Shown here: one piece after another, positions 8,390 through 14,170 of the stretch
Numbering within the stretch: position 1 is the stretch's first letter
Layout of the letters: every line of letters starts with the position of its first letter
DNA from: a virus
Taxonomy: Duplodnaviria > Caudoviricetes
DNA length: 27,555 bases
Strand: one strand, 5' to 3'
IMG/VR virus record: IMGVR_UViG_3300014208_000111
Location: 1-27,555 of that record
The notes under the pieces: model-generated
What the model saw: the letters and a program-made list of their open reading frames with translations, nothing else
What the model was told of the DNA's origin: nothing
Database searches by the model: none
Translations under genes and position numbers: made by a program

Positions 8390-8971
8390 TTGGGTAAAAT
8401 TTACAGGAAAATTATGAAAGAAGACTTTAGTTTAGATAGCCTACACTACCATGGTCTGTGTACTGCCATCGAGCACGGAGGAATTCTTTGCTTCAACAAG
8501 AAACATTCTAAAGGATATTGCCATAAGCATTATGATAGAGTTAGAGCGCATGGTTCCGTAGACCTTCCTATCAGACAGCCTAAGAAGTGTAAATTCATTG
8601 ATTGTGATAACCCTCATCATTGCAAGGGATATTGCAAGAAACACTTCAGAAGGAAGCATTATAAGTCCAAAGTAAAATGTTCTGTATATGGATGTGACAA
8701 CCCTAAGCATGGGCAACGTCTGTGTACCACTCACCAATTACGATTGAAAAAGCATGGCGATGTAAATACAGTTCTTAAGAGTGGTTTCGAAAAAGGCTAC
8801 ATTCCACCATGGACAGGTGATGTTCTGCATAAGCATTGTATAGTTCCCGGATGTGATGTGAAGCATGGCGACCAGAAGAGAAATCTGAAGAAGGGGTTAT
8901 GTAATAAGCATTACCTACGATGGCTAAGACATGGTGATTACAATATTACTTTGATCCGTCGGGGAAAGTGA
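8390..8971 (+). CDS. Cys/His-repeat protein (about 4 repeats of C..GC....(KG)xCxKHY.R..RHG)
   Basis: Repeats visible in the translation; similar to repeats often fused to phage HNH endonucleases, but no HNH core is seen; start may be 8414. Confidence 0.7.
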   Translation: MGKIYRKIMKEDFSLDSLHYHGLCTAIEHGGILCFNKKHSKGYCHKHYDRVRAHGSVDLPIRQPKKCKFIDCDNPHHCKGYCKKHFRRKHYKSKVKCSVYGCDNPKHGQRLCTTHQLRLKKHGDVNTVLKSGFEKGYIPPWTGDVLHKHCIVPGCDVKHGDQKRNLKKGLCNKHYLRWLRHGDYNITLIRRGK

Positions 8972-8980
8972 GAGACCATA

Positions 8981-9373
8981 TTGGTGACCTCAACAAAATG
9001 GGTTATTCTCGGCCTATATAACATTAAGGAATATATGACTGTCGACGAACTAAATGAGTTAGTAAAACAGGATATCCAAGCGACTAAAGACTACTCAGAG
9101 TTTATGCAAGAGCAAAGTGAACCCATGCTAACCACTGTAGGCAAAAGTCACATGGAGCATTTACATTTCTTTAACTTAGGATATAAATACGCTATGGAGA
9201 AGATTCAGAGCCTAATTAACGACAGCCAGTCTGACACAATAGAGTTCGACAAACTCCCCAAACTCCCTGAGTGCGGGCATAAGCTTAAGTTAATCCCTGT
9301 TCCCAATGAGCCACGTACTTATAAAGTGGTCTGCCCAGAATGCGATACAGGAACTATGGAGCTAATTGACTAA
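8981..9373 (+). CDS. Hypothetical protein with C-terminal Zn ribbon
   Basis: ECGH...CPEC; start probably the internal MTVDEL, which follows AAGGA. Confidence 0.6.
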   Translation: MVTSTKWVILGLYNIKEYMTVDELNELVKQDIQATKDYSEFMQEQSEPMLTTVGKSHMEHLHFFNLGYKYAMEKIQSLINDSQSDTIEFDKLPKLPECGHKLKLIPVPNEPRTYKVVCPECDTGTMELID

Positions 9374-9557
9374 CATCAATCCCACGCCGTAGTTTATATT
9401 GTTGCTCTTTGCTAACTTTCCTACGCCGAATATAAATATCTTTTGTTTTAAAACATTGCACGCATAGAGCCAATAGCTTTGCTGAATCACCTAACGATTC
9501 ATTAATTTTAAATAATGTCTTACATCCACATGAACCACAGGGATAATAATTAGTCAT
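9354..9557 (-). CDS. Small Zn-finger protein
   Basis: GAGGA RBS; CGSCGC...CVQC; basic C-terminus; fills an otherwise empty gap. Confidence 0.5.
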   Translation of the reverse strand: MTNYYPCGSCGCKTLFKINESLGDSAKLLALCVQCFKTKDIYIRRRKVSKEQQYKLRRGIDVSQLAP

Positions 9558-9608
9558 ACTTCCTCATGAAACAAAAAATGGTATATCCTATGCGATATAT
9601 TTATATTT

Positions 9609-9878
9609 GTGAAATTTACAATGACGTTCGACTTTAAAACAAAACAATACATCGGCTGCATCCCGGTCTATGCCAATCCAAACCACCCAACCGACCAGTC
9701 ACCATGTGTAATATGGGATTGCCCCACCTGCAAGAAACCTATGTGGGTTAGTGAAAAGAAGCGATCCCATGCTGAATCCCATGATAATGTAGAAATTCAT
9801 TGCCTAAAATGTCTTGCTGAAGCAGCATATAAACAAGGTTATGAAGTTGAAATGCAGGATATTGCGAGCTTGAACTAA
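9609..9878 (+). CDS. Zn-binding hypothetical protein
   Basis: CPTC...CLKC. Confidence 0.6.
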   Translation: MKFTMTFDFKTKQYIGCIPVYANPNHPTDQSPCVIWDCPTCKKPMWVSEKKRSHAESHDNVEIHCLKCLAEAAYKQGYEVEMQDIASLN

Positions 9879-9929
9879 CCCAACGACGCAAAGAACAGTT
9901 CGAGAAGATTATTGATGAGATGTTTGGCG

Positions 9930-10163
9930 ATGAATAATTTTACTAAAGAAGAACTGGTGGAACTAGAAAGTAGTTTAATATTTAAGATGGATAGATTCCT
10001 TCCAACTCCTGAAAAACGAACGCATGACTTAGTAGATAAAATCCAATCCCTAATCGACAACTACTGCATACATCAAGACCAAGTAGCAATCGCAGATGAA
10101 AATGGCCATATGGTAGTTCAATGTGGTCGATGTGATACCATTTTATGGCATGAAAAGGACTAA
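9930..10163 (+). CDS. Small Cys-rich protein, 'FTxxEL...IDNYCxH' family
   Basis: MNNFTKEEL...KIQSLIDNYCIH...CGRC. Confidence 0.7.
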   Translation: MNNFTKEELVELESSLIFKMDRFLPTPEKRTHDLVDKIQSLIDNYCIHQDQVAIADENGHMVVQCGRCDTILWHEKD

Positions 10164-10165
10164 AC

Positions 10166-10489
10166 ATGACAAGCATTCTCGATGAAGCAAAATCTATAGT
10201 AAACGGCCAACGCCAAGAAGATTATGGCAGCATTAACGACTCGTTCCAACGTATCGCTGGGCTCTGGTCTGCGTACACCGGATTTACGATCACGAAGTAC
10301 GATGTAGCGAAGATGATGATGCTTTTAAAGATTTCCCGTGCCAAGAACGGCAATCATCGTGACAGCTACGTTGATATTGTCGGGTACGTGGAGTGTGTTG
10401 ATAAGCTGCTGGACTTAGACCATGGCTGCAAAACATTGTTCACTGGAGTCACTACGGGCGAGACTACGCTGCCTTTTCAAGGGACATAA
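10166..10489 (+). CDS. DUF6378-like phage protein
   Basis: SILDEAKSIVNGQRQEDYG..F.RIAGLWSAY...MMLLKISR....DSYVDIVGY pattern. Confidence 0.8.
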   Translation: MTSILDEAKSIVNGQRQEDYGSINDSFQRIAGLWSAYTGFTITKYDVAKMMMLLKISRAKNGNHRDSYVDIVGYVECVDKLLDLDHGCKTLFTGVTTGETTLPFQGT

Positions 10490-10594
10490 CATCATTGTAG
10501 ATTATCCGTGGCATGAGCGATGGTATAAGGACGGCACATGGTTCTATACCATCACCACGCTGCGTTACTGTAACCGTTGTAAGAGGGCATTTAA

Positions 10595-10936
10595 GTGAAT
10601 TATGGTGTGTATAGAATGTATGCAGAAAGCATGAGAATGGTTGCTAAGATGGAAGCCAATCTTGAAGAACATGGTGAAGCTGAGCTAACTCTCCTAGCTG
10701 ACATGAAGTTAAGTCAGACAATTATGGATGAGATGCAACCTGAATATCCAGCGAGATACAAGATGGAGCAAACCATGTTCGAAACCTTCACTCCTGAGCA
10801 GAAAGACTTTATCTGCGCACAGATTGGCTGGTGGTACACCATGTGGAAGGACAGAATGTGGGTAGACGATAAACCTAACCAGCATTGGCTTGGTCGCGGT
10901 AAGGAAGATTTGAAGACTATGATATGTGGAGACTAG
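10595..10936 (+). CDS. Hypothetical protein
   Basis: 113-aa ORF in the co-oriented run. Confidence 0.6.
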   Translation: MNYGVYRMYAESMRMVAKMEANLEEHGEAELTLLADMKLSQTIMDEMQPEYPARYKMEQTMFETFTPEQKDFICAQIGWWYTMWKDRMWVDDKPNQHWLGRGKEDLKTMICGD

Positions 10937-11108
10937 CATGAGCTGTATTACAGAGATTTTGAAGCTAAAGGGCGACAAGGAAGTATTGGTTCCAGAAGGT
11001 GAATGGATTGCGGTTGAAGGCGGCATAATGGCTAAAATCATCCTTCCGCCTATAATAATTATTAATTAATATATATTACTTATTATTACTATTACTGAGG
11101 CCATTCTC

Positions 11109-11288
11109 TGTAGATAACCGCATATAGTCTTTATACAGCGCGACCTTATAGCACACCAAAAGCTGCAAATAAACATGTGAACCTAGTGTGTACAGTTTGT
11201 GACTAACTTTAGACCAGTACTTTATCCAGAGGTTATCCTCAGCTATTATACTGAGTTATGTACAGAAAATGGGGATAACTGTGAAACC
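11109..11288. repeat. Cluster of degenerate DnaA-box-like 9-mers next to an AT-rich tract
   Basis: TGTAGATAA 11109, TGTGAACCT 11176, TGTGTACAG 11187, TGTGACTAA 11198, TTATCCAGA 11222, TTATCCTCA 11233, TTATGTACA 11256, TGGGGATAA 11270. Confidence 0.5.
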
Positions 11289-11454
11289 TATTGAAAACTT
11301 AATCGGCCATATGGTAATTCGTAAAGCGGAATTAGAGCAGCAGATAAAATCTGCTGCCATTCCTAAAGTACTGGATAGCTATGACATTGAACGCATTAGA
11401 GGTCAAATTAAAGAGCTTGAGCATCTTTTGGAGGAAGCATGGGAACTAAGATGA
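11269..11454 (+). CDS. Small coiled-coil hypothetical protein
   Basis: ATGA-coupled to the next ORF. Confidence 0.55.
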   Translation: MGITVKPIENLIGHMVIRKAELEQQIKSAAIPKVLDSYDIERIRGQIKELEHLLEEAWELR

Positions 11455-11615
11455 GCGACTTCACCAAAGATGAACTCGAAGACCTACGTTGTTGCGTAGG
11501 ATGTTATGAAGACTCTTACGGTGACCCATATCATAAGGAGCTTTATGATAAACTGGACGCTATGATTAAGCAGTACGAAAAGGATGACACCAATGACCGA
11601 ACTCCAAGAACTTAA
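11451..11615 (+). CDS. Small protein, 'FTxxEL' family (54 aa; not in ORF track)
   Basis: Manual translation MSDFTKDELEDLRCCVGCYEDSYGDPYHKELYDKLDAMIKQYEKDDTNDRTPRT. Confidence 0.6.
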   Translation: MSDFTKDELEDLRCCVGCYEDSYGDPYHKELYDKLDAMIKQYEKDDTNDRTPRT

Positions 11616-11790
11616 ATCTTACCTGCAATCCAGATACCCAAAAAGCTTTATCCATCTATGGGCCAATGATGATGATACTCATTTCTTTGCAATGCTTGGC
11701 CATCTGTGTCATCACGTAGAGCTCGCTTCTGACAGCATCGGTGGCCTGACGTCTCAATGCGATAATTTCTTCCGAAGAATAGCAACTTAA
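11584..11790 (+). CDS. Hypothetical protein
   Basis: AAGGA upstream of the second Met. Confidence 0.55.
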   Translation: MTPMTELQELKSYLQSRYPKSFIHLWANDDDTHFFAMLGHLCHHVELASDSIGGLTSQCDNFFRRIAT

Positions 11791-11851
11791 CTTGCTTTAT
11801 TAATCTCATTGTTGTTTAATACCCTAAATTGTATTCAATAAAGAGAGCTTA

Positions 11852-12115
11852 ATGGCATCTAATTTTTCAGCATATATGCTTCAATTGCGGCATTGTCGTG
11901 GATTAACTCAATCTGAATTCGCCAAACAAATACATGCATCAAGAACTTTTGTCTGGGATATGGAAAACGATAAACGCTGCATCAGCGTCCACAAGGCTAA
12001 TGAATTTTGTAAAAACCTAGGAATCAATTCAAGGGAACTTATTCAAGTGGCTCTGCAAAATATACTTGATCGCGATAATCTTAAATTTACTGTAACTGTA
12101 CGGGAACAAAAATAA
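11852..12115 (+). CDS. XRE-family HTH transcriptional regulator
   Basis: LRHCRGLTQSEFAKQIHASRTFVWDMENDKR is a canonical HTH_3 pattern. Confidence 0.85.
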   Translation: MASNFSAYMLQLRHCRGLTQSEFAKQIHASRTFVWDMENDKRCISVHKANEFCKNLGINSRELIQVALQNILDRDNLKFTVTVREQK

Positions 12116-12702
12116 TGGCAGGACTCGCTCCAGATAAAGACATTTATGAGCTCTATCATCATTTTAAAAAAATGTTTGAAATGGGAATGCGCATAACAGA
12201 ATATTGCAGAACGTTTGGATTAAACTATAAACGCATATCTAATTCATATTGTCGTACAGTTTATCAAAGAAGAAGTCATCCAAAGGAAGCCGATAGATTA
12301 ATTGAATTATACAAGCTCTTTAAATCGACTGGAGCAAATCGGAAACAATTCGCAGAAGAACATGGCGTCAGTCCAGAGAGGCTAACAGCAATAGGAACTC
12401 ATCTCAATTACATCAAAACATTGAAATTAATTCTTAAAGAAAAAGGCGAGAAATACGATCCAAATTGGTTCATGATTGGACTAGATAACCACCCTAAGAA
12501 AACGCGCGAGCCAGAACCATTTTTCCGCGAAGTAGCGCACAAGGAACCCCAGCAATTGCAGATTCATCACCCTGAGCCTGAAGTCCTGTCACCTAGGAAT
12601 GATATTGAACTTCAAATAAGCAAAGGAGTTCGCGTGTTAATTTCGCCAGAACTCGACTCAATGAAAATAATAAAAATAATTGAACTTTTAAAGGATTTAT
12701 AA
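12115..12702 (+). CDS. IS66 TnpA-like accessory protein with a duplicated HTH
   Basis: Two TnpA-like HTH units (GMRITEYCRTFGLN; GANRKQFAEEHGVS) and a C-terminal IELQISKGVRVLISPELD...IIELL tail like IS66 TnpA; TAATG-coupled to tnpB. Confidence 0.6.
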   Translation: MAGLAPDKDIYELYHHFKKMFEMGMRITEYCRTFGLNYKRISNSYCRTVYQRRSHPKEADRLIELYKLFKSTGANRKQFAEEHGVSPERLTAIGTHLNYIKTLKLILKEKGEKYDPNWFMIGLDNHPKKTREPEPFFREVAHKEPQQLQIHHPEPEVLSPRNDIELQISKGVRVLISPELDSMKIIKIIELLKDL

Positions 12703-13061
12703 TGCTTACACTAGAGAAGAAGAAGATTTATATTGCCGCTCAACCAGTTGATTTTAGAATGTCGATTGACGGCTTATCTTCAATTATTCAGAAAGACCGA
12801 GGAAGCCATATACACGACGGCTCAATATATGTGTTCTATAATGGCAATAAAAATAAAATTAAATGCCTATTCTGGGATAACAACGGCTTCGTTCTCTATT
12901 ATAAGCGGCTAGATAACTGTAAATTCAAATTCAAAATAATGACTAAAAACATGGATTCACTAACTACAGAAGAACTGCATGTACTCCTATCCGGTTACGA
13001 TCCCGCTTTCGTTGAACGCAAACCTCATGTTAGCGAGATGAAGTTATTTGGGAATAAATAG
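12702..13061 (+). CDS. tnpB: IS66-family accessory protein TnpB (Orf2)
   Basis: IYIAAQPVDFRMSIDGL...YVFYN....KIKCLFWDNNGFVLYYKRLD....F...EELHVLLSG matches the IS66 TnpB signature. Confidence 0.9.
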   Translation: MLTLEKKKIYIAAQPVDFRMSIDGLSSIIQKDRGSHIHDGSIYVFYNGNKNKIKCLFWDNNGFVLYYKRLDNCKFKFKIMTKNMDSLTTEELHVLLSGYDPAFVERKPHVSEMKLFGNK

Positions 13062-13080
13062 CTAGAAAAATAAACTAAAA

Positions 13081-13092
13081 TTGCTATACTAA
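13081..13092 (+). promoter_or_regulatory. Extended -10 promoter for the RNA cluster
   Basis: TTGCTATACTAA, with the -10 hexamer ending 7 nt before the first tRNA-like gene; identical 12-mer at 19595-19606. Confidence 0.6.
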
Positions 13093-13097
13093 TTTGC

Positions 13098-13201
13098 GAG
13101 GAAGTAGCTCAAGCAGGTAAGAGCAATAGTTAAGTTGAATCCCTACAGTCCTTCAGCAAAGACTAATAAGGTTGGTGGTTCGAGTCCACCCTTCCTCACC
13201 A
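13098..13201 (+). ncRNA. tRNA-like RNA with an extended anticodon arm (104 nt)
   Basis: Perfect acceptor stem GAGGAAG/CTTCCTC+ACCA, D arm GCTC/GAGC, T arm GGTGG-TTCGAGT-CCACC; the anticodon region is about 27 nt too long. Confidence 0.75.
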
Positions 13202-13205
13202 TCTT

Positions 13206-13311
13206 CAGTCGTAGTGAAGTGCGCAGTGCAGCACGAGGCAATAATGCACCGTTCCGGTTGATCGCCAAGGCCGGATTATGCTCGAAGGTCGTTACTTCGG
13301 GAGGGCTGCCA
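13206..13311 (+). ncRNA. Putative structured RNA ending in CCA
   Basis: CAGTC/GGCTG-CCA end pairing; nested GAAGT/ACTTC, CGAG..TAAT/ATTA..CTCG and CCGG/CCGG helices; lies between tRNA genes. Confidence 0.4.
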
Positions 13312-13358
13312 GAGGGAACTCTGTCTTGCTGTCCTCAGAGAATGGGGCATAACATTTA

Positions 13359-13442
13359 GCTCCAATGGTGGAATGGTATACACAGAGGACTTAAAATCCT
13401 CTCACTTAGGTGATGAAGGTTCAAGTCCTTCTTGGAGCACCA
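13359..13442 (+). tRNA. tRNA-Leu(TAA)
   Basis: GCTCCAA/TTGGAGC-ACCA; anticodon arm GAGGA-CTTAAAA-TCCTC; long variable arm; T loop TTCAAGT. Confidence 0.93.
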
Positions 13443-13446
13443 TTTC

Positions 13447-13532
13447 GGAGAAGACATCTAATTGGTATGATACCCGGCTGTAACCCGGAGGTCGGCTAGC
13501 CCGTCAAGGTTCGAATCCTTGCTTCTCCACCA
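13447..13532 (+). tRNA. tRNA-Tyr(GTA)
   Basis: GGAGAAG/CTTCTCC-ACCA; CCGG-CTGTAAC-CCGG; long variable arm; CAAGG-TTCGAAT-CCTTG. Confidence 0.9.
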
Positions 13533-13543
13533 ATAAGGACATT

Positions 13544-13669
13544 ATGAGATATTTAATTCTAGCCATTATTACAATTGGCATTTCTTATTCCATAGGAAAG
13601 TATCGTTATGACGACTGCAAGAAAGTCGGCCATACAACACTGTATTGTATTTTAAGCATGGGGAAATAA
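13544..13669 (+). CDS. Small membrane-anchored peptide (41 aa; not in ORF track)
   Basis: AAGGA RBS; MRYLILAIITIGISYSIGKYRYDDCKKVGHTTLYCILSMGK; abuts the next start. Confidence 0.55.
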   Translation: MRYLILAIITIGISYSIGKYRYDDCKKVGHTTLYCILSMGK

Positions 13670-14038
13670 ATGACCGAGATATTCGTGTTCGGTAGCAACC
13701 TATTGGGAATCCATAAACGTGGAGCAGCATTGTGCGCACTTAAAGAACATGGAGCTTTACTCGGAAGAGGCTTTGGACGCCAAGGAAATAGCTATGCCAT
13801 CCCGACTAAAGAAACGCCATATAAATCCTTATCACTAATCGACATTAATGTTTATGTAGCCGAATTTATTATTTATGCAAATTTACCCCATATAACTGAA
13901 TTAATCTTCAACGTAACTCCAATCGGCTGTGGTCTAGCCGGATATACTCCAGAAGACATTGCACCCATGTTTTACTATGCTCAAGGCTTAGTTAACGTCA
14001 AATTACCTATAGAATTCACTCAAATTTTACAAAAATAG
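13670..14038 (+). CDS. A1S_2505-family (macro-domain-like) phage protein
   Basis: EIFVFGSNLLGIH..GAA..A...G...G.G.QGNSYAIPTK...VTPIGCGLAGY signature. Confidence 0.8.
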   Translation: MTEIFVFGSNLLGIHKRGAALCALKEHGALLGRGFGRQGNSYAIPTKETPYKSLSLIDINVYVAEFIIYANLPHITELIFNVTPIGCGLAGYTPEDIAPMFYYAQGLVNVKLPIEFTQILQK

Positions 14039-14085
14039 ATCTAAATTCACTATAAATAGCATTACTCTTGTGCTACGTTACAGTT

Positions 14086-14129
14086 GTGACACATTTCTTA
14101 GCTTCCTTGAAATCCTTTGAATGTGTCAC
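14086..14129. promoter_or_regulatory. Inverted repeat in the terL leader
   Basis: GTGACACATT...AATGTGTCAC, 10-bp arms. Confidence 0.45.
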
Positions 14130-14170
14130 GAGTATTGCATGATGCAAATTAGGCAAAGGATTGCCACTCT

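Noticed and set aside
12702-13061. TnpB as an RNA-guided (IS200/IS605, Cas12-like) nuclease using the adjacent RNAs as guides
   Set aside because: This is the unrelated 119-aa IS66 accessory TnpB; it has no RuvC or zinc-finger motifs
11800-13100. Complete IS66 element
   Set aside because: No tnpC transposase, terminal inverted repeats or target duplication seen
13140-13160. Suppressor tRNA (CTA or TCA anticodon) and stop-codon recoding
   Set aside because: No canonical 7-nt anticodon loop, and genes in the window read intact under the standard code
13135-13359. 74-aa ORF in the track
   Set aside because: Overlaps tRNA-like and structured RNA genes; no RBS; likely spurious
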